NCBI RefSeq assembly: GCF_036321535.1 | Contig: NC_087436.1 | Span: 53,570,001-53,634,000, forward strand | Reading direction: 5' to 3' | Origin: Camelus dromedarius | Taxonomy: Eukaryota | DNA: 64,000 nucleotides | Shown: positions 26,716 to 38,900 of the stretch, piece by piece | How the letters are laid out: each line of letters opens with the position of its first letter | How positions within the stretch are numbered: position 1 is the first letter of the stretch | Notes under the pieces: model-generated | The model's input: the letters and a program-made list of their open reading frames with translations, nothing else | What the model was told of the DNA's origin: nothing | Databases searched by the model: none | Program-made: the position numbers and the translations under genes

Positions 26716-26771
26716 ACTCCACTTCCCAGAAGCCTCTCGTTACACACGCAGCCGCAGTCTTGCGCAGGCGC
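26716..26771. promoter_or_regulatory. ZNF143/SBS-like motif and NRF1-like motif
   Basis: ACTCCACTTCCCAGAAGCC (26716-26734) and TGCGCAGGCGC (26761-26771); motif match only. Confidence 0.5.
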
Positions 26772-26797
26772 CGCCAGGGCCAAACGGACACGTCCGT

Positions 26798-26803
26798 CAC
26801 GTG
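26798..26803. promoter_or_regulatory. Proximal E-box CACGTG (MYC/MAX/USF)
   Basis: gtCACGTGaac, ~90 bp upstream of the ATG; CCAAT at 26816-26820. Confidence 0.8.
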
Positions 26804-26846
26804 AACAGTAGCCGGCCAATCCGGTTTGAATCTCATTTTTTTCCTC

Positions 26847-26858
26847 TCACCCCCCCTT
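26847..26858 (+). promoter_or_regulatory. 4EBE (eIF4E basal element, hnRNP K site)
   Basis: TCACCCCCCCTT (C7) versus recalled human TTACCCCCCCTT, in a TATA-less core promoter just upstream of the short 5'UTR. Confidence 0.75.
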
Positions 26859-26890
26859 CAGGAGCGGTTGTGCGATCAGATCGATCTAAG

Positions 26891-26908
26891 ATGGCGACTG
26901 TGGAACCG
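26891..26908 (+). CDS. EIF4E: EIF4E coding exon 1 (MATVEP)
   Basis: aagATGGCGACTGTGGAACCG|gtgagt, consensus donor, phase 0. Confidence 0.98.
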
Positions 26909-29900
26909 GTGAGTATTGCCTTTGGCCCCCACCCCCACCGGTCCCCGCGCTCCGTCTCCCTTCGGACTGGGGGACCCCGCGGGACGGCGTTCCCGGCGCG
27001 CACGCTACCCCTTGCCACCCCCTCCCCCTCTTCTTGGGCCTGACTTCTCGGCGGACAACTGGGGGCGCCCCGGAGGCTGGCCGCGACGGCGTGTAGAGCA
27101 CACGTTCTGGTGGGGGCCCGAGAGCCCGGGGAGAGGGGTGGGGGAGGGGCGGCGCCTCTTGCGGAGCAGCGAGGGGTCTACAAGGGTGAAGGGTGATCCG
27201 GGGCCTGGGCTAGGTGTGTGGGAATTGTGTTTTCGGGGTAGCAGGGCGCGGGGCCGGTTCCGAGCGGGCGCCGGGATCCGCAGGCAGGGTGGGCGGCGAG
27301 CTGGCCTGGAATGAGATGGAGGAGGGAACCCCGGGGCAGCCTTTTCCTGTCCCCTTCCCTCTCTCCCTCCCGAGCTGTAAACCAGGGGCTCGGGTGCGGG
27401 GCGTGCGCCGGGCTTCCGTAGACCGGTGGGCCAGGGAGCCGGTGGGCGCGCGTTGCCAGAGGATGGGCTGGGCGGGAGTGGTGCCGCGGCACGCGCGGTG
27501 AAGCTTCGACCTCGCCGAGGGGAGCCGAGAAGGGCGAGCACATGTTACTCCAGCGCGTCCGAGAGTTGCCGGGGTTGGAAGAGAGAAAGGTTTGGTGTGG
27601 GGAGGAGAACTCCGTGTCTTGCGGTAAAGCTGAGAGTAGGATGAAGGGTGGGTGGTGGTTAGAAGGGGAATCACATTGTCCTCGCCCCTCCATGCTTGAG
27701 ACTGGGCTGTCATGGAGGAGGGAAGGGGGAGGAGCGAGGCCTACTGATCGCTGCTGCGGGTCTGGTTGCCGGCCGGACCTGCTGCATTTCACACGCGACA
27801 GTCTTCCATTCATTCATCCTTTCCGAGCAGTGCGCACGCCTCAGAGAATGCGAATAGGCCTAGAGCCATCTGTTCTATCAAGTCTTTATTATCTGGAAGA
27901 TTTCTCAGACAGTTTATTGGAAATAGAAACTTAACCTTTAAACTTAATTTTCCATTTGATTTCCTCTTTATCTGTTCTACTGACTCTACTGTTACACTCC
28001 CAATTTAGGCACCATCTTAAACTGATTTGAACTGATCCCAGAGCCCAAAGTTGATAGTTACCGCCCAAAGGAGAGAGTATCTCTGTCACAGTTTGGGTTT
28101 GCCGACACTGGCTCACCGAAACTTCTAGGCCTGTGTTGCCATTTTAGGAATGTCACATCTGAGTAATACTGTTTTGTAGGCACAATGGAGTATGTTAAGA
28201 ACCAGAAAACCGTGATAACCCTGGAACCAGTTCTAGACCTGGTTGCCAGATACTTTTGCGTATCTAATGGTAGTTTGTGGTTTTGATATGGCTTACCAGT
28301 TTGCTTTGACTTTTTAAAGACTTTTAAAAACGAGTCATGAAAAGGTCTATAGAATACAAAAATGTATTTTTGTATTTTTCATTACTTTGATGCAAACAGT
28401 CCTTACCTTATTGCCGGAATTTAGGCAGCTTTCCTTCTTGGTTACTTGTTCTTTAATTGGTACCATTTATATTTATATTCCTGGAGATTAGGTTGACTGC
28501 AAAACTGTCTCTTGAGTTGCTGATACAATTTACTGATTTTAGAATGTAATTGTTAAACAGATAAAAGATAAATACGTAAACTTTTAACTTAAAATACTTT
28601 TAGTGGGATTTGAAGTCTGCTTCTGCCTGGATAAACTTTCCTACTCATTGTTGCTAGCTAGCGTCTTTAAAAAACGTTACAACTGGTGATAGGGGCAAGG
28701 CCAAACGTCTGAACCATAAAACAATATATTCTGTGACGTTTCAGTAACATTTGGGTCCTCTGGGTTTTGCAAAGCTCTGCAGTTTTTGTTTCAGTAGTGG
28801 GGAACAAAACTACAAAGTGTTGAAGGACTGTTTTGAGTCAGTAAATATTTATAGCGCCTGGTATGTTTAGGACCTTGTACCAAGTGTTCTTTAGGATACA
28901 AAGTTATACAAAATGTGATTCTATACCTTGTTCACTGCAGCTAGGCGCTTAATTTCCAGTGATGTGGTCAGTGATACACTATAGTATTCTTTCTAGTGCT
29001 GATTCCTGGGAGATTGGAATACTGCATTTAAATTTGGGGAGTAGGGAACCTAAAAGCTTACAGAGTGTCCAAGTGGAAAGCCATGTTGAAACTATTGTAG
29101 TTTGAGGGTGCATGTAAAATAGTATTTATTCATTTTTAGTTAAAATGCAAATTTTGGGGTACTTTTAATGCACCTTTGTCTACAGGTTAGTCAATTTTTG
29201 ACAGTTTTAAATAGTGGGATTTTTTAAATTAAAGCAGCTGATTAGTATTTGTTGCAATTGAGGTATTCCCTGTAAAAGCCTACAGAAAGCATATTTGTTC
29301 ATTGCTGTTTCAACTAGCTTGTGTGTTTTTGCTTTTTCTTGCTGCTTTTTTGCTGGGCATAATTGTAAGCACCGAAAGAGTCATGAGTTTTTCCTGCTTG
29401 TTCCATCTTTGTAGGCATTCAGGGAACTTTTATTTATGGCAATTACATAAAATATCAGTCATTTCAGTTCGATAGTTGTGTGATTCTCAAGTGTTTGTAT
29501 AGTATCAGTTAAAGATGTGGCTTACAGTATTTAATTTGTTGAGAAGCTTGATAGGCAAATTAAAGGAAGCGTTTTACCTCTTAAAGTGGCAGAATTTTGA
29601 ACATTGGGATAAAGAATACTCTCCTGTTATTCTTTTGGTATTTGAATCGTGGCTAGGTCAAAATTTTGTGGTTAGATGAAAGTTAGTCTTCATGTTAGTT
29701 GGTAAAGATGGCAGGCCATCTTGCGTCCTCCAATGGGTTGTGTTTTTTGGTAGCTGTTATCTTCATTCTCCATTCTTCATTGGGCTTTTTTTTGACTTGT
29801 AGTTCTTTCAGTAGTAAGAGATTTTGGTTTCTTTAGTTAAAATGAAGATGTATAATTTTACTTGTTTTTACATTGTATCTTTTTTAGCCTGTACATTAGT

Positions 29901-32900
29901 TTCATAAGTGGAATCAACTTAGTCAACTGATCCAGTGTTTCCTTTTTTATCCTTTAGAACATGTTTTGTATTGCAAAGAGTTTATAAAAGTAATTAAGTG
30001 TTAAATACATATTGACAAATATGTCATTATATAATTCAGTGTTTTTTTGCTAACCAAAGACTATTGATTGACAAGCAGACCTTGCAAATTCATATGCTTA
30101 TTTTTGCTCTAAGAAAGAACCCAGTTTATCAAAGTTCATTTGTAAACCAAACAAATTCAGTTCTGGTGTCTACATTTTAAATTTCACTTCATTTTATACT
30201 TTTAATTTATATTATGTTTAATTATTTGAGTTAGAGAAGTCCAATTTAGAAAGAGACATAGTTTACACGTGAAAGTTTCTTGGAGAATAAAATGTTAAAT
30301 GAATTATGTAACTTCAATCCTATTTGGATAGAAAATTCTACGCAAAAACTTAAAAAAAAAGTATTGTATTTAATTTATATAAAGTTGAGAATATAGTGGA
30401 AGTACCAGCAGTCCTGGACGTAACAAGGAACCTGTGAAATAGTTGTTTTGGCAATGGTAATTTTTTCTTTTACTTCTCTGCTACTATTGGAAATTCCCTT
30501 GCTCTTCTGATAGCTGTGAGTTGCTCCATCTTTATCATAGAGAATTTTTTTTTATCAACTATTAACATTTTAATTGAAATTGTATTACATACAATTTTTC
30601 TCTTTTTCATATATATTTTTATTGAAGTACAGTTTACAATGTGTCAATTTCTGGTATACAGCATAATGCTTCAGTCATACATGAACATACCTATATTCGT
30701 TTTCATATTCTTTTTCGCCATAAGTTACTACAAGATATTGAATATAGTTCCCTGTGCTATACATTATGAACTTGTTTATCATAGAGAATTTTTTGAGAAG
30801 TGGAATCCAGCATGAATTACCGTCCAATTTTAATATCTGTATGAACTTCAAGACTGAAATTTCTAAGTCTAGCTGAAAAATGGGAATAAGAGATCTTACA
30901 GTGATTTTGATTTTCCAATGCAGTATTCACAGATGACAGTTTGTCAGTTATGAAGAACTGTAAGTTAAAGCCAATATTCTGTGAATGTGTTGCATGCAGG
31001 TATATCCATGCATAGGTATACTCACCTTTGCCACTCTTTGCTGGGAGTAACACATAGCTGACTTTTCATTATCATTACTTTGCCATTAGCAAGAAATGCA
31101 ATGCTTATGACCCAAAACCCACAAATAACTCTTTCTACTCCTAATGTAACCATAAAAATCACTAAAGTGTCTCTTTCAAAGTCCCTATTCATGTCTAGAG
31201 AAAAAAGGAAGGATCATTTTTGTCTCTTGTGCACTAAATAGTTATTTCTAGTCACTTCTAGAACCTGAGAATGTGGTTAGAAAAATAAGATTTTTTTCCC
31301 TAGTTGTAACTTTTGATACATAGTCCTTAGAAACAATGAGAAACTGTAGTTTTGGCTCACTGTGTTCTATAAGTTTCTATGGAATTATGAAATATCTTAC
31401 CAGCATTGAATTTCCAGGGATGTGGATCTAGAGTTCTAAGTAACTGACTTAATAAAAAGATCTTTTAAACACCATCTGGAGGGTCAGGGAGGGTATAGCT
31501 CGAGTGGTAGAGTGCATGCTTAGCAACACAAGGTCTGGGTTCAGTTCCCAGCACCTCCTCTAAAAATAAATAAATATATAAACCTAATTACCCCCTCTCC
31601 AAAAAAATAAAAAATCAAAAAACACACAATCTGTAACAGGATTTTTTTTTTTTATGTAGGCAGATCTTTATTTGTTAATAATAGCTAACTCATAGCACTT
31701 TACATATGTCAGGCACCACACCAAATGCTTTACATGTTAATTGATTTAATTTTTACAGCAGCCCAGTGAACTGGGGATTATTCTTATTTCACAGATGAGG
31801 AAACCAAGGTGCAGAAGAATTAACTTTGGTGACTAACTCGCCCAAGATCATACAGCTAATAAGTGTTGGGGTGGAGTTCAAACTAAAGCAGCCAAGTTCC
31901 TGAGTGTGTGTTCTTAACCTTAACACTGTCTTTCCAATAGGCGTATAATGTGCATTCCTCATGTGACTTGGAAAAATTACTTTGATAAACAATGGATATT
32001 CTGCTACAACTCTGAAAGAAAATGTGTGGACATTTATTTGTTTTTAGTTGCTGTTGTACTACAACATTTGATAACTGATAACCAAAGTACAGAATCTTAA
32101 ATAGCACCTTGATGTAATAGTTAATACTGATCATACTTCATTAACTGGTCTAGAACTTTGTGGGTAGATTTCTGAAGAAAGTAAATGATCACTTCCTTCT
32201 CCTTCCCATTTGATTTTTGGACCTTGTCAATTCAAATGATTTGCCAGTTAAAATTTTTTGCTAGTGGAAACGGTGTAGTAAATTTTTAAGAATTTGAGAA
32301 TATGGAATTTATTGTCAACTACCTTTGTACTGTTAATAATTTTGGTGAAAGGTCTGGCAAAGAGTTAAGAAGCTGTTATGAAAAAGTTTCAGTTATAATA
32401 TGTTGCTAGTCTTAAAAGTAAATTATTTGGGGAAGATAGTATTAAGACCATAAGATTTCTCTGAAACCCCATGGCTTTGCAGTAATCTTTAAAGTTAAAA
32501 TGTTTTTAGTTACATATTTTAAACTTGTTATTACAAAATGCTGTACAGAAATTATCTTTTTGTGCTGTGCTTATTATAGTGACAGTCATTAAGATTTTAG
32601 TATTTATGTGAACTAATATTAGTACTGTTAAAAAAATTCTTAATGGGGTTTTGCATGGTCATCTTAGGGCAACAGCTTATACAACCACAGAGTCTGATAA
32701 CTTCAAGTATTAACTAAGACAAATATTTTAATAGAAAGATAAAATGTCCATCTTTTTCTTGTAGGGTTTTTTTTTTCCCCAAATCTTAATATTTTGGGAT
32801 AAATACTTATGAGTGAGAAACTAAAACTTAACCAAAACTATTAAAAGCCCAGCTCTTTACCTTCAGTAAAATTCTTACCTTAAGGATAAAATTGATGCAT

Positions 32901-35900
32901 AAGTCATCATTAGATCTCAAAAAATAAAAAAATCATATCTGTGAAAGGATGTATCAGGTGATTTATGGGTGGTGGCATGATGGGATTAGAAGTGATACAT
33001 TTTATTTTTTTGAACTTGTACAACTTTTTAATAATGTTTAGGATTGTAAAATCTCTTCGGTTTTGGTTTAAAGTTAATGGTATTTAGCTTTTTATTTTTA
33101 ATAACTTTTTTCCTTGAGGCTGAGTAATACATGTTTATAGTCCAAAATTCAAATGGATTTTTTTAGCAATCTGGTGGCACCTGTGACCTCATTTTCAGAA
33201 TGTTTTTAAATGCCCTAAATAAATACGTTACAAAGGGAATTAATTCTATTGAAGTTCAGTAAGGATTAAATACCTTAACATGAAGTATTAAGGATGCTGC
33301 CTGGCATTGCAAAGTACTATCTTAGTGGTGTGAAAAGCCTATCTCCTATCTGTTTTCTCCAGCTACCCCTAGTTCTCCTCTCCAAAGCATGTTAACCAGT
33401 TTTTTGAGGACTCATCTAAGAAAGGACTGTCCAAGAGAACTTTCTGTGAGTTGGAAATGGTCTATATTTGTGCTGTCCAGTATGATAGCCACTAGCTGCA
33501 TGTGGCTATTGAGCACTTGAAGTAAGACTTATCCAACCAAGGAAATGAATTTTAAACTTTTTAATTTAAATGTAATTTTAATTGAAATTTAATTCCACTT
33601 ATAGCTGATAGATACCAAATTGGACACTGCATTTCTAGAATCTAGACATATCTTTGTGTTTATGAACATACATGCATGTTATAACTTTGTAAGGTACAAC
33701 TGGGTATGACCAAGACCAATTTGGTTGGTCAAGTTATTGTTTAGTTTTACTCTAGGAGAACTTATCTATTATACGTTAAACTTTCCAAGGTCATTATTTG
33801 GTCTTGTATGGACAGTTAAAATTGTCCTAAAATTTAGATTGTCCTATGGCTTTTTTTTCCCCGCTTAAAAAAAGTGTGTGTGAATAGGCAGTTGTTGACA
33901 TTGTCCAAAACTCAAATTTTGTGCAAAAGAGTGGTTTCCTCTAGCTCATCCCATTCAGGTGGATCACCTCCAGGGGCAACCAGCTGATCAGTTCACATCT
34001 TTCCATAGAGATTTATATTCAGTTGGCCCTTCTTACCACAGGTTCCCTATCTGAGGATTCAGCCAACTACAGGTCAGATTTTAGAGGGCCATCTTACTAC
34101 ACCATTTTATATAAGGAACTTGAACATCTACAGATTTTGGTATTGGGGGTCCTGGGACCCATCCCCCACAGATACTGAGGGACAGCTATATATACACAGG
34201 CAAATAATGACATACAGTTGACCCTTGAACAACATGGGTTTGAACTTCAGGACTCCACTTATAGGTGGAGTTTTTTCACTAAATGTGTACTACACAACCT
34301 GCCATTGGTTGAATTCACAGATGCTGGACAGTGGATAAGGAGGACTGACTATAAAGCTATGTGTGGATTTTTGACTGTGCAGGGTTGGGTGCCCCTAATC
34401 CCTACATTGTTCAAGGGTTAACTGTATATACTTTAAAAAATAATAATAAATTTTAGCCAGCTATATACATTATTCTGGCACAGTGTGTTTTTCACTTAAT
34501 AATGTGTCTTCTAGAGCATTGCATATCAACACATAAAGCTTTCCCTTTCTGATGGTATGTATTAGGTGATTTGGTCTTAAACATTTATTTCTATACTGAT
34601 CAATGTTAGCTGGGGTCCAATTAAGGCATATAAGTATGTTGGAGTTTGTAACATTCCTGTATTGATTATAAAGGGAATATGATTATTAATTTTGGGTAAA
34701 TTGTAGTGCCATTGTGTTTATTGGTTTGGCCATATGATCCATACCAGATAAGCCTAGGAATAGGTGATAAATTCAATAATTAGAAAGATTGGTAACCACA
34801 GTAATTATTTGAGAAAGGCAATATTGAATTGAAAGGTGTGGGAAGATTGTTAGAGTAATGCCCCCTGAAGAATCATAACCTCCCTGTATTCATACCTTTG
34901 AGTAGTCTTCTCTCCCTGCTCCCCTCCTCCCCCAGGCGTCTAACATGCTTTGGCATTCCCACCATTTGCTATTTCAGTGCTGTGATGAATAGCCCTTTCA
35001 TCTGTATCATTCCATACATGAGATAATATACCTGTAAGGTGAATGTTTTAGTAACAAATTGAAAGTGAAAAACTCTACTAGTCAAATAAAACACTTCTGC
35101 AGCTGTAGTTGGCTATCAGGCTACAGTTTTTTTTTCTAGAGCTCCCTTCCTTTCTAATTGTGAGATGTTTATATGTAGAAAAATATAAAATACATGTGTA
35201 CGTAAGTTTTAGAGTAATAAACTGAAAACCAGAGTACCTATCATATGAGACATCGGTACCTCAGTTTTGTACTCCATAATCACATTTGCATTTCTTTGGC
35301 CCTTTCCCTACTCACTATCCTGAATTTCGTGTTAATCATTCCTTTGATTTTATTCTTTTTACAGGCTAATTATCTTTAGAGTTTCTCCAGAGTGTGTATC
35401 TTTTAGTTATGTATTTTAGTTTTAAAAAAAGAATAATTTAGATGATGTGTAAGGAAAGCACAGTATTGCTGTTAGATGAAGTTTCCTAAGCTAAAATAAG
35501 CTGAACACCATTTCTGGGCTATTGTTTGGCTTCAGCTTCCTGGAATTTCTACTGCACCCCTCTTGGCAAAACCAGTCCGTCATGAACATGTTCCGAAAAA
35601 TATAGGACTCTATGGTTACGTAGTGGGTTGTGGTATGCACCAGGCAAAGAACCTTTAGTTAGGAGAGTGGTTGGTGGGAGTGATCTGTTCTGTATCTTGT
35701 TTTAAGAGTAGGTTAATTCTGGTGTGAAATTCTTAGCTGTTCCAGGTAGCAGAGCACAAAAGAATTTGGAAAAGAAGCTTTGTTATCACATATTTAAGCT
35801 GAATTATCTGTAGGCACATGGCAATCAGTGATTTTTGTTTTTTGTTTTTTTAAAAGGGTAGAATTGTAAGCATCTGGGTCATAACAGACACCAAATGAAT

Positions 35901-38900
35901 GTAGACTGAATCACATTGCTCCAGTCTGGTCTGTTGCTCTCTATATCTGGTGCACACCTGTCTTTCTTGGATCTCCTTTGACTACACTCCTGATTTGCTC
36001 TCATAGGACTTCTGTGTTGCACTCCTCTTGTTTGCTGTGTCCCTTGTCTTCCTCTTATTTGGTTACTTGTTTCACTTTGGATCACATCTTCCAGTAGTTT
36101 TTTGAGAAAAGTTACATGAGGATTAAAGATTTTTGGAGACCATACGTATTAAACTATCATATTTGTAGTTTGGTGGGGTGTAGAGTTCTTCTCTTCAGAA
36201 TTTTGAAGTTCCATTGTCATCTTCTGTTATAGCTGTTGGTAAGTAAGGAATTCTGATGACTTTTTTTTAATGTGATCAGTTCTCTTCCCACTTTCCAGAA
36301 GTTTAGACTCTCCTTGTCACTTAACAATGACATGCTTTAGTATGAGTATTGTCATTCATTGTGCTGAGTGCTCATTGGGCTTTTTAATTAATATAGCAAC
36401 TCATATCTATCATTTCTGACAGATTTATTTGTGATCCCCTTCCCCTTTTGTTCCTTGAAACAGTTATTCAGATACTGGATCTCCTGCCCTGGTTCATTCT
36501 CTTTCTCTAAATTTCTCTCTCATTTTTTCATCTCTTTTTGCTTTGTTTTTTGGGAAATTACATTTATTTTCCAACCTTTTCTGTCTTTTAAGTTTAATTT
36601 CTAGATGTTCTCTTTCTCTGGTCTTCTGCATGTTCACTTTTATAGCTTCCTGTAATTGTGTGCATGCAAAATCTTAACTTATTCTTTAGAGGATATATAT
36701 AGGTACATATTTTCAAAGGCATTTTCTATTCTCTAGCTGTTTCCTCCAAGTTGCTCATTTTCTTTTTATTTTTAAACTCATGACAACAATCCTAGTGACT
36801 TGGAGTAGGGACAGATGGAGGGATCTAGTTATTTCCCAAACAACTTTCATGGATTCTTTTAAATTTACCTCCTTCCTTCACTCCCAGTTGTAAAGGTGCT
36901 GCCAAGGAGACTTTAATAAAGTATTACATTGATCAGTGACCACTTGTCAGTCTGTATTCCAGTTGTTTTTGTTTGTTTGTTTGTTTTCTGTGCTCTCCCC
37001 CTAGTTGTGGGCTTTTTTTTTTTTTTTAACTTTTTTATTACTATAGTTTCAGAGGGATTTTGAGAAGGAACAAAATTAGAAACATTCATTTATTCAAACA
37101 TTTGAGTGCCTAGCATGTGCCAGGCACTCCTTGAGTGCTTAACCAGCTCTCCTTTAACCTTAAAGTTACTGGACTACTGAGTAGGAAAGAAATAAAGAAA
37201 TAACACTATGACATTTAAAAAGTAACTTATTGTTGCATTCGGATTACAGAATACAGTGCTACAGGTTTCCTGTAACTAGGCAAAAAGTATCAGAAGTAAT
37301 AAACCTAGCAAGTAATTTGCAGCATTCATATACCCAAATGCCAGTGCTTTCAAGTGGCCAGGAATTATAAACCCTGACTTATTAGTTTGCAGGATTCATA
37401 AATGAGAGCAATACAACTCTAATGAGAAATATGATGGAGGATTTTAATAAATGAAAAATTATAATTTGTTTTTGAAAGATTTAACATTGGTAGGATGTTA
37501 ATTTTTCCTGCATTTAATATGTAAATTGAATATAAAATGAATCAAAATGTCAAATCTTTGCCGGTGGGGTGGGAAACTGCACTTTATGCTGGGATTCACA
37601 AGCTGGCTTTAGGGCTGCATTTTTGTAGCCTGCTAGCTAAAAATGGTTTTTATATTTCAAAGGGTTGTAAAACAAAACAAAGAATAAGTGACAGGAAGAT
37701 TACCAGCTTAAAATACTTACTCTCTGGCCCTTTATAGAAAAAATATGCAAGCCCCTTGTAATGATTGTGAAGTTTATTTGAAAGAATAAACAAATGAGAA
37801 TTGACATTAAATTTTTGAAAAGGAAGAGAAAAGAGGAATGGAGAACTAGCCCTACAAGGAGAAAAAAAAATTATTGAACAGAGATAACTTTAAAAAATGT
37901 GATATTGATGCAAGTGGGGACTGACATCTCTGGAACAGATTGAGCAGTCCAGAAGTGGACTGTATATATATTTGGGCTTCAGTATAATTTTGTTATAAAT
38001 TTGGAACATTTAGATCTATATGAGGAAAATAAAAATCATCTGTGATCCCAACAAGGTGTTCTCTGGATAATATTTTGATTTACTTGTTTGTGGATTCTCT
38101 TTTTCTCACCATATCCCTCTTTGTGCCTTTTTCTTTTACTTTGCCTTTGTAGAGCAGTTTTAGATTGACTACAAAATTGAAAGGAAGGTACAGAGGGTTC
38201 TGCCTCAGTATGCATGGTCTTCCCCACTATCAACACTCATACCAGAGTGGTACATTTGTTATGCTGGATAAACCTACATTGACACATCATTATCACCTCG
38301 AGTCTGTTGTTTACATTAGCCTTCACTCTTGGTATTGTACATTCTGTAGATTCGGACACATGTATAATGACATATATTTACCATCATACAGAATAGTTTC
38401 ACTATTCTCTGCCTGTTCATTCCTTCCTCCTTCCTAACCACTGGCAAGTACTAATCTTTTTCTGTCTCCATAGTTTTGTCTTTTGCAGAATGTGAAATAG
38501 TTGTAATCGTACAGTATGTAGCCTTTTAAGTCTCCTTTCACTTAGTAATATGGATTTTAAGTTTTCTCAATGTCTTTTCATGGCTTGATAGCTCATTTCT
38601 TTTTAGTGCAGAGTAATAATTCCATTGTCTGGATGTACCACAGTTTATTTAGAGCTTATAAAATTAAAAATAAAATGCTTTTCCTCCTCCCTAAAAGTAA
38701 AGTTATCATTGTTTATTCAGTTCTGATATCTTCCTTTTTCCACATTTACGTTAGCATTTTAAAATGATTTTTCAAACATAACTTTTACTGCTTATATCAT
38801 GAACACCATGATTTATCTTACCTCATTTGCATCTTTTAATGTATATATATATAATCTCTACTTTTGCTTAATGATATAAAATATATAAAACTTTTATTGT

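Larger units (their letters stand above)
26200..27850. promoter_or_regulatory. CpG island over EIF4E promoter, exon 1 and 5' intron 1
   Basis: Sharp rise in GC and CpG density against AT-rich flanks. Confidence 0.92.

Noticed and set aside
26540..27043. 167-aa ORF containing MATVEP
   Set aside because: GTG start in the promoter, reading through the exon 1 donor into the intron. Only MATVEP is real CDS. Its stop at 27041-27043 also rules out an in-frame extension of exon 1 to the 27110 donor.
26833..28008. Cluster of long overlapping ORFs on both strands
   Set aside because: Pro/Arg/Gly-rich frames expected from stop-codon scarcity in a CpG island; no recognisable domains.
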